Positions 48,232 to 57,531 of a stretch of DNA of 58,336 nt are shown piece by piece. The notes beneath the pieces are model-generated. The model made no database searches and was not told the DNA's origin. It was given only the letters and a program-made list of their open reading frames with translations. The stretch lies in assembly GCA_013152925.1 (NCBI GenBank), contig JAADFK010000224.1, positions 1-58,336 on the forward strand. Reading direction: 5' to 3'. The DNA is from Acidobacteriota bacterium (GTDB lineage Bacteria; Acidobacteriota; Thermoanaerobaculia; Thermoanaerobaculales; Sulfomarinibacteraceae). The number at the start of each line of letters is the position of its first letter. The stretch's first letter is position 1. Position numbers and translations under genes: made by a program.

Positions 48232-48626
48232 TGTTGTCTCCAGCACGTGCATGGCGTGAGTATCCCCAGCGGTACCGGCTCGAAGCCTCTCGGTGCACCG
48301 AATGCGGCAAGATCTCCTATCCTCCACGGGTCGTCTGTCCGGGTTGCCGCGGGCGCCAGTTCGAGACCGTCACCCTGTCGCGGGAGGGTACCGTCGTCAC
48401 CTTCACCGTGGTTCACGTGCCACCTGCCGGCTTCGAGGGCCAAGCCCCCCTGATCCTGGCCCTGGTGGAGCTCAAGGAGGGCGCACGCACCATGGTACAG
48501 CTGGCGGACGTGCCCGATCCCTCGCAAGTCCGGATCGGCATGCCGGTTCGCCTGGAGTTCCGCAAGATCGCCGAGGAGGGCGAGGCGGGGACCATCTTCT
48601 ACGGCCACAAGGCCGTCCCGGCGTAG
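48231..48626 (+). CDS. DUF35 Zn-ribbon/OB-fold scaffold protein
   Basis: CTECG..YPPR..CPGC, OB strands, IGMPVRLEFRKI and YGHK. Translationally coupled to the thiolase (TGATG). Confidence 0.92.
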   Translation: MLSPARAWREYPQRYRLEASRCTECGKISYPPRVVCPGCRGRQFETVTLSREGTVVTFTVVHVPPAGFEGQAPLILALVELKEGARTMVQLADVPDPSQVRIGMPVRLEFRKIAEEGEAGTIFYGHKAVPA

Positions 48627-48786
48627 CGCGCGTCCGCCATCCGGAGGGGGGGCCACCGTTCGCCGCCGGTTGATGACCGGCGCTCGAGGGGTGCTGGAAC
48701 TTTCCCGCAGCCCCGTTCGTATTCCATGGTGGGCCGCTGCCGGATGGCGCGTGCTGGCGGGCGCTCACGACACCTGAGGAGGGGGT

Positions 48787-49719
48787 ATGGCGGTGCTTCT
48801 CGAGGTCAGGGAGTTAGTGAAACGGTACGGCGAACGGATCGCCGTGGATCACGTTGCCTTCACCGTCAGTGCGGGTGAGATCTACGGGCTCCTGGGGCCC
48901 AACGGCGCCGGCAAGACCACGACCATCAAGGTGTTGACGGGCCTGCTGCCACCGACCTCGGGATCGGTCCGGATCGCGGGATTCGATCCCTTCGCCGAAC
49001 CGCTGAAGGCCAAGGCGCAGCTCGGCTGGGTGGGCCAAGAGACCTCGCTCTACGAGGACCTGACGGCCAGGGAGAACCTCGAGCTGGCTTGCGCCCTGGG
49101 CCGGGTTCCACGTTCCGAGGTGCGGAGCCGCGTGGCCGGGCTCCTGGAGACCATCGGCCTGGCCGACCGGGCCGGCGAACGGGTCTCCAGGTTCTCCGGC
49201 GGCATGAAGCGGCGGCTCCACCTGGCGGTGGCCCTGGTGCACCGCCCGCGGGTGCTGCTCCTGGACGAGCCGCTGGTCGGTGTCGATCCTCAGGCGAGAG
49301 CCCACCTGATGGGGCTGATCGAACGGCTCGCGGAGGAAGGCCACGCCGTGCTGCTGACGACCCACGACATGGACGACGCCCAGCGGCTCTCCTCACGGGT
49401 CGGCATCCTCGACCACGGCAAGCTGCTGGCCGAGGGTACCGTGGACGAGCTCCAGGCCCGCCTCGGCGAGCGGGACGTGCTGAGGCTGTCGGGCAGCTTT
49501 CCCGGGGAGCTGCCGCCCCTCCCGGAGGCGCTGGGCGCCGAGACCCTGTCACTCCGCGAGGACGAGTTGATGCTGGCCGTGCCCAACGGGTCCACGGCGC
49601 TCCCCAGGATTCTCGGCATCCTCGAGGGCGAAGGAATCTCCGTTGAACGCGCCGCCCTGGAACGCCCGAGCCTCGAGACCCTCTTCCTCGAGCTGACGGG
49701 CCGGGAGCTGAGGGACTGA
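48787..49719 (+). CDS. ABC-2 type exporter ATP-binding protein
   Basis: GPNGAGKT, FSGGMKRR, LLLDEP, TTH and PSLETLF. Confidence 0.95.
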   Translation: MAVLLEVRELVKRYGERIAVDHVAFTVSAGEIYGLLGPNGAGKTTTIKVLTGLLPPTSGSVRIAGFDPFAEPLKAKAQLGWVGQETSLYEDLTARENLELACALGRVPRSEVRSRVAGLLETIGLADRAGERVSRFSGGMKRRLHLAVALVHRPRVLLLDEPLVGVDPQARAHLMGLIERLAEEGHAVLLTTHDMDDAQRLSSRVGILDHGKLLAEGTVDELQARLGERDVLRLSGSFPGELPPLPEALGAETLSLREDELMLAVPNGSTALPRILGILEGEGISVERAALERPSLETLFLELTGRELRD

Positions 49720-50969
49720 TGGCACGGTTCGGCACGCTTCTCGGCCTGGAGCTCAAGCGCCGCCTCCGTGATCCCGTGTCCCTGATCGCCTGGCTGGCAA
49801 TCCCCTTCCTGATGGTGACCCTGATGGTCCTTGTCTTCGGCGGCAGGGGCAGGAGCTCCCTGCCGCGGATCAAGATCCTGGCGGTCAATCACGACACGGG
49901 CATCCTTTCCAAGGGGCTCCTCGCCGCACTGGACAGCCCCGAGTTGGCCGAGTACCTCGATGTGGCCGTGCTCGACGAGAAGGAGGCCACGCGCCGGATG
50001 GACCGGGGCCATGCCTCCCTGATGGTCGTGATCCCCAAGAGCTTCACACGGGACTTCCTGGACGACAAGCCGCTGACCCTCCGGGTCTACCGCAACCCCG
50101 AGCAGACCATCCTCCCGGGAATCGGCGAGGAGATCCTCGCCTTCCTGGCGGACACGGGCGGCTTGCTCCGGGCCACGCTCCTGCCGCTCACCAGGGAAGT
50201 GATCGACTTCGACGCCTCCTCACGGCCCTCCCTGGAACAGGTGACAGCCCTGTCGTCACGGATCTACTCGATCCTCGACGACCCCGTGGCCCAGAACCTC
50301 CTCGACCTGAACGCGCTGAAGATCACGGCCCGGCATCCGGAAACGAAGAAGGTCTCCCGATCCGAGATCGTCGGCTGGTTTGCCCCGGGCTTCGTGGCCC
50401 TGGCGCTCCTCTTCATGTGCAACGGGCAGAGCCAGGAGATCCAGGAGGACCTGATTCACGGCCGCCTCGCCCGCGCCTGGACCTTTCCCAGCCGGCCCAT
50501 CCTGCCCCTGAGCGCCAAGGCCATGGCCCTGGTCGTCTCCGCCTCTCTGAGCGCCGGGTTGCTCGTGCTGGCCCTCGCCGGCACCCTGGGCTGGCGGCCG
50601 GGCAACGTTGCCGTCCTGACGATCCACACCCTGGCCGTGGCGACGTCCTTCTCCGGCCTGTCGCTCCTCCTGCGGTCCCTGACCCGGAATCCCGAGGCCG
50701 GCGGCGCCGCGGCCTCCGGCGTCATGGTCGGCCTCGGTTTCCTCGGCGGCTGCTTCATCCCGGCGGTCTTCCTGCCGCCGTTCCTGCGGAGCGTCGCCCT
50801 GTACATCCCCACCGGCTGGGCCGTCCAGGGCTACCTGATACTCCAGGGCAGCAGCTGGGCCGGCCCGCTGGGCACCATCGGCTGGCGGATCGCCGCCCTG
50901 GCCGCCACAGGCGCCGCGAGCTTCCTCCTGGCGGGGCGGCTGATGGAGCGCAAGGCGGTGTCCTCATGA
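49719..50969 (+). CDS. ABC-2 type permease
   Basis: N-terminal TM, large extracytoplasmic loop, further TMs, LGGCFIP and PTGWA. Confidence 0.9.
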   Translation: MARFGTLLGLELKRRLRDPVSLIAWLAIPFLMVTLMVLVFGGRGRSSLPRIKILAVNHDTGILSKGLLAALDSPELAEYLDVAVLDEKEATRRMDRGHASLMVVIPKSFTRDFLDDKPLTLRVYRNPEQTILPGIGEEILAFLADTGGLLRATLLPLTREVIDFDASSRPSLEQVTALSSRIYSILDDPVAQNLLDLNALKITARHPETKKVSRSEIVGWFAPGFVALALLFMCNGQSQEIQEDLIHGRLARAWTFPSRPILPLSAKAMALVVSASLSAGLLVLALAGTLGWRPGNVAVLTIHTLAVATSFSGLSLLLRSLTRNPEAGGAAASGVMVGLGFLGGCFIPAVFLPPFLRSVALYIPTGWAVQGYLILQGSSWAGPLGTIGWRIAALAATGAASFLLAGRLMERKAVSS

Positions 50970-52108
50970 GCTGGCGGCAGATTCTGGCCATTGCCCTGAC
51001 CGACCTCAAGCGGATGCTCCGGCGAAAGGACACCCTGGTCTGGCTCCTTCTGATGCCGCTGCCCTACACCTACTTCTTCGGCATGGCCTTCCGGGAGGCC
51101 CCGGAGGAGCGGACCGTCGTCACCGTGGTCGAGCCGGCGCCCGACACGGCGTCAGAGCGGCTCGTCAAGGCCCTCGAGGCGGCGGACTACGACGTCAGAG
51201 CCGTCGGCTCGTGGAGCGAGCCCAAACCACTTCCAGGGAGCGGCTACCGGGTGGATCTCCCGCCCCATCTCGGGGCGCTGCTGCTTTCCGGCGGCACGGG
51301 TGAGATCGCCGTCTGGAGCCGCAGCGGTGACCTGGACGCGACCCGGGTCCAGGTCACTCTCAGGAAGGCGATCCTGACGCTGCGCGCCGAGTCGCTGGCC
51401 CGCCTCATCCGCCGCGAGAAACCCTCTCTGGAAACCCTCGGCGAGCCCCTCGAGGTGGTGCCCATCGCCATCGACGCCTCGGACTGGGGAACGCGGCACG
51501 AGATTCCCTCCGGCTACAAGCAGGTCATCCCCGGCAACATGGTGATGTTCGTCCTGATGTCCGTCCTCGTCACCGGCGCCGTCCGGCTCCTGATGGACCG
51601 CGAGCTCGGCCACCTCCAGCGCATGCTGGCCTCCCCCATCTCGCCCTCGGCCGTGGTCGTCTCCCAGTTCGTCTCCCTGGCGCTCCTCGGCCTTGCCGAG
51701 GCGATCTACTTCGTCCTCCTGGGCTGGCTGGTTTTCGGCCAGTCTCCCGGGCCGCATCCGGTGGCCGTCCTGGGCGTACTGGCACTGATGGTGGCCGCCG
51801 CCAGCGGCGTCGGGATCATCCTCGGGGCGACGTTGAAAACCGCCAAGCAGGCGGCCGCGGTCGGCATCTTCGCCACCCTGGCGCTGGCGGCGCTCGGCGG
51901 TTGCTGGTGGCCGGTGGAGATCCTCCCCCGCGCCATGCGACTGGTCGCGCTGGCGCTACCCAGCGGTCAGACCATGAGGGCCCTCGTCCGCCTGATGGTC
52001 TGGGGAGACCCACCCTCGGCCCTCGCCGGCTACGCCGCCTACATGCTGGTTTTCGCGCTCCTCAGCGGCGCGCTGGCCACCTCGATCCTACGCCGCCGGC
52101 TGGCCTGA
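50966..52108 (+). CDS. ABC-2 type permease
   Basis: PGNMVMF, DRELGHLQRMLASP and LGGCWWP. ATGA overlap with the previous gene. Confidence 0.9.
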   Translation: MSWRQILAIALTDLKRMLRRKDTLVWLLLMPLPYTYFFGMAFREAPEERTVVTVVEPAPDTASERLVKALEAADYDVRAVGSWSEPKPLPGSGYRVDLPPHLGALLLSGGTGEIAVWSRSGDLDATRVQVTLRKAILTLRAESLARLIRREKPSLETLGEPLEVVPIAIDASDWGTRHEIPSGYKQVIPGNMVMFVLMSVLVTGAVRLLMDRELGHLQRMLASPISPSAVVVSQFVSLALLGLAEAIYFVLLGWLVFGQSPGPHPVAVLGVLALMVAAASGVGIILGATLKTAKQAAAVGIFATLALAALGGCWWPVEILPRAMRLVALALPSGQTMRALVRLMVWGDPPSALAGYAAYMLVFALLSGALATSILRRRLA

Positions 52109-52182
52109 GGACGGGCCGCGAGAGGGTGGTCCCACACGATCCCCTTCCTCTCAAGGGGATGGTATTGCGTGGCTTCGTTTGG

Positions 52183-52502
52183 GAGATCCCTCCACTTCGC
52201 GGTGCTCCGCACCGCTCCAGTCGGGATGACACCAAGGAACGGGCGCTGCCCACCGCTCCGGTCGGGATGACCCCCCTCTGTCATCCCGACCGAGCGAGCG
52301 CAGCGAGCGAGCGGAGGGATCGCCCCGCCACTGGCCCGCGGCCGGAGAACCCAGCTCCCCGCGGTGGCCGGTAAGATCCCTCCACTTCGCGGCGCTGCGC
52401 ACCGCTCCGGTCGGGATGACAGGAAGGAACGGGCGCTGTGCACCGCTTCGGTCGGGATGACAGGAAGGAACGGGCGCTGCCCACCGCCTCGGTCGGAATG
52501 AC
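52183..52502. repeat. REP-like cluster (GTCATCCCGAC/GTCGGGATGAC) with 41-bp tandem units
   Basis: GTCGGRATGAC at 52220, 52261, 52410, 52451 and 52492, with an inverted copy at 52280. AGATCCCTCCACTTCGCGG at 52184 and 52374. Confidence 0.85.
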
Positions 52503-52553
52503 GGGGTGGGATGGATGCCGGGCACCGCCTCCGCGGGGACCGCCGGGCGCCGG

Positions 52554-53396
52554 CTACTGCCCGTGATCGCCGGAACCATCGGGGTGGTAGCGGCGGCGCA
52601 GCTCGGCGAGGAAGTGTGTCTCCTCCGGAGTGAGGGACTGGGGGCCCTCAGCCTGGAGCTTGGTCCGGATCCGTTCGAGCTCGCGGACCTCCGCCCGGCT
52701 CGGCCCGCGGGGCAGCAGCCGGTCCCGCGGCTCCAGCCGGTCGCGGAAGAGAAACACCATGATGGCCCCGGCAGCGGCTCCGCCCAGGTGGGCACCGTGG
52801 CCGATGGGGAGCCCGCCCCCGTGCCTCTGGGCCGCCAGTCCCCACAGGTCCCAGGCCACCAGCGCCGCGATGCCCGCCCAGGCCGGTACCGGGATGATGC
52901 CCATGATCAGGATCTTCTGGTGCGGAAAGACGATGGCGAAGGCCATCAGGAGCCCGGCGATGGCGCCCGACGCGCCCAGCGCCGAGACCTGCGGTTGATG
53001 CAGCACCACCACGCAGGTGGTCACGTGGCCGATGGAGCCCGCCAGGCCGGCCGCCAGGTAGAACTCCGTGAATAGCTTCGCTCCCCAGAGGCGCTCCAGG
53101 ATCGCGCCGAAGCTGTAGAGCACGATCATGTTGATGGTGAAGTGCCAGAAGGCTTCGTGTGAGAAGACCGAGGTCAGGAGCGTCCAGTAGAGACCGTGTT
53201 CGAGGTGGACGGCACTGACCAGGAAGTTGGCCGCCATGAACTCCAGGAGCCCCCGGGAGGAGCGCGCCAGCTGCCACAGCACGAAGACGGCCGCGTTGAT
53301 CCCGATGATGACTGGAACCGCCCTGAGCTTCCGCCGGTACCAGGGCTCGGCGGCCACGGAGCTTCCACTTCCGGTCATCGTCGGCGATCCTTCCAT
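52554..53396 (-). CDS. Rhomboid family intramembrane serine protease
   Basis: WTLLTSVFSH..HFTINM, LGASGA (catalytic Ser) and AHLGG (catalytic His). Short helical C-terminal tail. Confidence 0.93.
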   Translation of the reverse strand: MEGSPTMTGSGSSVAAEPWYRRKLRAVPVIIGINAAVFVLWQLARSSRGLLEFMAANFLVSAVHLEHGLYWTLLTSVFSHEAFWHFTINMIVLYSFGAILERLWGAKLFTEFYLAAGLAGSIGHVTTCVVVLHQPQVSALGASGAIAGLLMAFAIVFPHQKILIMGIIPVPAWAGIAALVAWDLWGLAAQRHGGGLPIGHGAHLGGAAAGAIMVFLFRDRLEPRDRLLPRGPSRAEVRELERIRTKLQAEGPQSLTPEETHFLAELRRRYHPDGSGDHGQ

Positions 53397-53697
53397 GGCG
53401 CCATCATCGGTGCGCTCCGGGCCGTTGTCCAGCGAAACGTGGCGGGAAGTTGTTGCGCTGTGCCCTGCCTTGCTCTTTCCGCCATGGAGCGCGGATTCCA
53501 GTCCGTAGGAGTGCATGCACACCGCGGGCCGTCCGTGATTGCCGAGATGCGGACCGAAGTCCGCGCTTCGAAGAACCCGCCGACAACAGGGGGCACGGCG
53601 CCACAACCTCGCTGTCGCGGGGTCGTGGACGGCCCGGAGAAACCACGGTAGAGTTGGGCGCTCCCGAGAGGGCGTTTCATTCCACCTGGAGGTTTCA

Positions 53698-55038
53698 ATG
53701 GCCGAGACGACCACGTGGCGCTTCCCCGCCGCGTTCTGGACCGCCAACTCCATCGAGCTCTTCGAGCGGGCCGCCTATTACGGCACCTTCATCACGCTGG
53801 CATTGTTCCTGACCCGCGTCGTCGGTTTCACCGACATCGAGGCCGGGTGGATCGGCGCCATGTTCTCCTCGATGATCTACCTGCTGCCGTTCTTCACGGG
53901 CGCCATCGCCGACCGGATCGGCTTCCGCTGGGCCCTGGCACTGGCCTTCGCCCTGCTCTCCATCGGGTACACCACCCTCGGCCTCTACCCCGTCAAGCTG
54001 CCGGTCCTCCTCTCGCTGGCGCTGATCGTCGTTGGGGGCTCATTCGTCAAGCCGATCATCACCGGCACGGTGGCCAAGTCCTCCGACGGCACCAACCGGG
54101 CGCGGGCCTACTCCCTCTTCTACATGATGGTCAACATCGGCTCCTTCAGCGGCAAGACCATCGCCAAGCCGGTACGGGTCGATCTCGGCCTGGACCACGT
54201 CCCCCTCTACTCCGCCGGAGCCGCGGCCATCGCCCTGCTCGTGGTCCTCGTCGCCTACTGGCCCAGGGAGGACCCCGACGCCCGCCCGCACAACATCGGG
54301 GAAACGCTCCGTGGCATGTGGACCGCCCTGTCCAACCTCCGCTTCCTGGCGCTGATCCTCATCACCGCGGGCTTCTGGGCGATCCAGGGGCAGCTCTACG
54401 CCTCCATGCCCAAGTACGTCCTCCGGCTCGTGGGCGAGCACGCCAGCCCCGAGTGGTACGCCAACATCAACCCCTTCGTCGTCGTCCTCCTGGTGGTGCC
54501 CGTCACCCAGTTGATCCGGAAGATGCCAGCCGTCAAGGCGATCGGCATCGCCCTGCTCCTCGTGGCCCTTTCGCCGTTGACCATGTCCCTGGCCCACCTG
54601 ATCCATGGCAATGTCACGATTTTCGGCCAGTCCCTGCACCCCATCACGATCATGATGATCCTGGGAATCGCCATCCAGGGTCTCGCCGAGTGCTTCCTCT
54701 CGCCGCGCTACCTGGAGTTTGCCTCCAAGCAGGCTCCGAAGGGCCAGGAAGGCCTCTACCTGGGCTACGCCCAGACCAACACCTTCTTCGCCTGGTTCTT
54801 CGGGTTCATCCTCTCCGGCTACCTGCTCGAGGCCTTCTGCCCCGACCCGAGGACCCTTGCGCCGGCCGTCCAGGCCCAGTATCACGCCGCCATGGCCGGT
54901 CACGGCCCCCTCCCCGCCGCCTACGCCCACGCCCACTACCTGTGGTACGTCTTCGCCGGCATCGGTCTCGCCGCCTTCGTCTCGCTTCTGATCTTCCACC
55001 GGGTGACCACCCGCCTGGATGCCAGGAAAGAAGCCTGA
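53698..55038 (+). CDS. MFS transporter, POT/PTR oligopeptide transporter-like
   Basis: ELFERAAYYG (ExxERxxYY), GAIADRIG, FVKP and FYMMVNIGS. Confidence 0.9.
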   Translation: MAETTTWRFPAAFWTANSIELFERAAYYGTFITLALFLTRVVGFTDIEAGWIGAMFSSMIYLLPFFTGAIADRIGFRWALALAFALLSIGYTTLGLYPVKLPVLLSLALIVVGGSFVKPIITGTVAKSSDGTNRARAYSLFYMMVNIGSFSGKTIAKPVRVDLGLDHVPLYSAGAAAIALLVVLVAYWPREDPDARPHNIGETLRGMWTALSNLRFLALILITAGFWAIQGQLYASMPKYVLRLVGEHASPEWYANINPFVVVLLVVPVTQLIRKMPAVKAIGIALLLVALSPLTMSLAHLIHGNVTIFGQSLHPITIMMILGIAIQGLAECFLSPRYLEFASKQAPKGQEGLYLGYAQTNTFFAWFFGFILSGYLLEAFCPDPRTLAPAVQAQYHAAMAGHGPLPAAYAHAHYLWYVFAGIGLAAFVSLLIFHRVTTRLDARKEA

Positions 55039-55115
55039 GCCGTTCACGGCCGGATCCGGGAACCTTTTCCCACACCTCCCGTTATTCTCCGTGAAAAGGG
55101 AAAAGGAGGTACCCC

Positions 55116-55664
55116 ATGTTTCGCAAGCTCACAACCATGACCGCCGCGACGATACTGTTGGCCACCTCGGTCTGTCTCGCCGGCGGTACGGAACAACCGA
55201 CCCGCTGGCTCAACGTCAAGGTCAACGCCACCGAGAAACATGCCAACGTCTCGATTCGCGTGCCCATGACGCTGGTGACGACCTTCCTGGATGCCATCAA
55301 GACCGATGAGCTCCAGGGAGGCAAGATCCGGATCGACACCGAGGACGTGGAGATCAACTGGCCCAAGATCCTCCAGGCCATCAAGGATGCCCCGGACGGC
55401 CAGTTCGTCACCGTCGAGTCGGATGAGGCCGACGTGAAAGTCGAGAAGTTGGCCGGCATGCTCCGCATCCACGTGCAGGAGAAGGCAGGCGACAGGGAGC
55501 AGGTCAAGGTGATGGTTCCCGCGGCCCTCCTGGACGCCGTCTCCATCGACGATCAGGACCGCCTGGATATCAAGAAGCTCCTGGCGAACCTCGATTCCAG
55601 CATCACCGGTGACCTCGTCCGCGTCGAGGCACCCGATGCCTCGGTCCGGGTCTGGATCGACTGA
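55116..55664 (+). CDS. Secreted hypothetical protein with a duplicated VxVPxxL beta/alpha module
   Basis: Strong SD AAGGAGG, signal peptide, internal repeat. Ends VRVWID. Confidence 0.8.
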   Translation: MFRKLTTMTAATILLATSVCLAGGTEQPTRWLNVKVNATEKHANVSIRVPMTLVTTFLDAIKTDELQGGKIRIDTEDVEINWPKILQAIKDAPDGQFVTVESDEADVKVEKLAGMLRIHVQEKAGDREQVKVMVPAALLDAVSIDDQDRLDIKKLLANLDSSITGDLVRVEAPDASVRVWID

Positions 55665-56197
55665 TGAGCCGCTCCAGGACCGCCCTCACCGTCGTGGTGG
55701 CGGCGGCACTGGGATTGGTCGTGGCCGCCTTCATCGCCCAGTGGGTGGTGGTCGACGTCCAGGCCAGCGGCCGGAGCGCCGTCAGGGTGCCCGTGCCGCT
55801 GGCCCTTCTCCGGGCCGCTGCCGCACTCGTCCCAGGCTCGGTGTACCGGGGCGCACGGATACCACCGGAGCTTGCCGCCCGCCGGTCGCTGATTCTCAAG
55901 GCCGTCACGGCGCTCCGGGACAGCCCCGACGCCACCCTCTTGACGGTGCGAAGCCGGGAGGCGAAGGTCTCCATCGTCACGCGAGACGGTCTCCTGCTGG
56001 TCAACGCTGGCTCCCGCAGTGACGGGACAAACGTCCGCTGCAGGATCCCACTGAACGCCCTCCACGAGGCCCTGGACCGCTGGGACTGGAAAACCGTCGA
56101 TCCCGGCACGTTGCTCGCCATGCTGGGTGAGGCGCCACGCGGCCCCCTCGTCGAGGTGAACGCACCGGAAACCACCGTCACGATCAGTGTCTGGTGA
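55664..56197 (+). CDS. Membrane-anchored paralog of the upstream protein
   Basis: TGATG coupling, N-terminal TM, VRVPVPLAL and VRCRIPLNAL. Ends VTISVW. Confidence 0.75.
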   Translation: MSRSRTALTVVVAAALGLVVAAFIAQWVVVDVQASGRSAVRVPVPLALLRAAAALVPGSVYRGARIPPELAARRSLILKAVTALRDSPDATLLTVRSREAKVSIVTRDGLLLVNAGSRSDGTNVRCRIPLNALHEALDRWDWKTVDPGTLLAMLGEAPRGPLVEVNAPETTVTISVW

Positions 56198-56409
56198 GCT
56201 CTTGGGGGGATCCCACCGCGGTCGGAAGAGGCGTCAGTCTCCGGTCCCGTCCGCCGGAGCCGACCAGCGGACGACCCGGCCCTTGCAACCAGCAAGCATC
56301 GCCCCCGCATCCCCGTCAAGAGAGCGCAGACCGCGACCGGGCGATCACGACACGCCCGGGAAGCCCGCCGAACCCACCGTTGTCGTACGAGCCCGGACGC
56401 GCGCGCCTC

Positions 56410-57333
56410 TCAGCTTCCAGCCGCCGTGATCGACACGTCGCCGGACGAGGTGCTGACCTCCAGCCGGAGAGCTGGATTGTCCGCCGTGAGCTCCAAGACA
56501 CGTCCGCGCCCCTTCCTGGCGCCGGGATAATCCGAGACGATGTTGCCGGAGGAAGTCGTCACCATGCCGGCCACCGTTGCGCCCGCTGGCAGCGTGATCC
56601 TGACGTCGCCGGAGGCCGTCTCGATATCCGCCGTCCCTCCCGATGGCATCCCGCCCCACCGGAGCGTCACATCGCCCGAAGCCGTATCCACCTCGGCCGT
56701 GCCCGTCAGCCCGCTGACCCGCACGTCGCCGGATGAGGTCTCTGCCTTGAGCTGCGCCATCTCACCGTCGACCACCACGTCACCCGAAGCGGTCTGCACC
56801 TCCAGGCCCTCGGCCGGCCGGTGCAGCTTCAAACGGACCTCTCCCGATGCGGCGTCGATCTCCCCCCGCGCGAAACCGCCGTCGACGGTCACATCGCCCG
56901 AGGCCACGTCCACGTCCAAATCGCCCGATCCGAGATCGCCCTCCAGGCTGCAACTCCCCGAAGCGGTGTCCACATCGAGGTCGCGCCCCGGGGGCATCTC
57001 GATGGAGACCGTCCCGCTGACACCTCCCGAACCCCACCTGAAGTGATGGTGCCGCTTGGCGACGATCCGCAGGACCTTGCCATCGGCCTCGATCACCGGC
57101 TTCGCCTCCTCGAGGAGTTTGCCGTTCTTGGCCTTCAGGTCCACCGTCACCCGGATCGTGTCCCCCGGCGTCACCTTCACGCGAAGGTCGTGGAAGCTGA
57201 GATCCACCTGCACGACCCTGATGTTCCCGGCCGCCACCGACCGCTCGAAGTGCGCCGTCGTGCCGGCCACGGCCGGAACCGCCGCCAGTACCACAGCCAG
57301 ACCAACCGTACCGCTGACCAGCCATCGCCCCAT
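56410..57333 (-). CDS. DUF4097 family beta-strand repeat (putative adhesin/toast-rack) protein
   Basis: Signal peptide and about nine (V/T)xT(A/S)SGDV repeats. Confidence 0.9.
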   Translation of the reverse strand: MGRWLVSGTVGLAVVLAAVPAVAGTTAHFERSVAAGNIRVVQVDLSFHDLRVKVTPGDTIRVTVDLKAKNGKLLEEAKPVIEADGKVLRIVAKRHHHFRWGSGGVSGTVSIEMPPGRDLDVDTASGSCSLEGDLGSGDLDVDVASGDVTVDGGFARGEIDAASGEVRLKLHRPAEGLEVQTASGDVVVDGEMAQLKAETSSGDVRVSGLTGTAEVDTASGDVTLRWGGMPSGGTADIETASGDVRITLPAGATVAGMVTTSSGNIVSDYPGARKGRGRVLELTADNPALRLEVSTSSGDVSITAAGS

Positions 57334-57531
57334 GGAATCCTCCTCCTGTCCCACACCCGACGCCGGAACGACGACCGTCCCGCCCGATGGGTGCTCTCAC
57401 CAGCTCTAACGAGATCCGGCGAGGAAGGTTCTGCCAACGCAGCACAAGACCGGCCGGGATCAGCCGGAGGAACCGGGACGGTGGACGGCGACAGCGCCGG
57501 GGAGCGGCCGTTGCCGCGGCGCCGTCCGGGC

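Noticed and set aside
46002-48626. phlACB (DAPG biosynthesis) cluster
   Set aside because: The synthase retains its catalytic Cys, and there is no phlD type III PKS in the window.
52183-52502. CRISPR array
   Set aside because: 41-bp period with repeated spacers and an inverted copy; this is REP-like.
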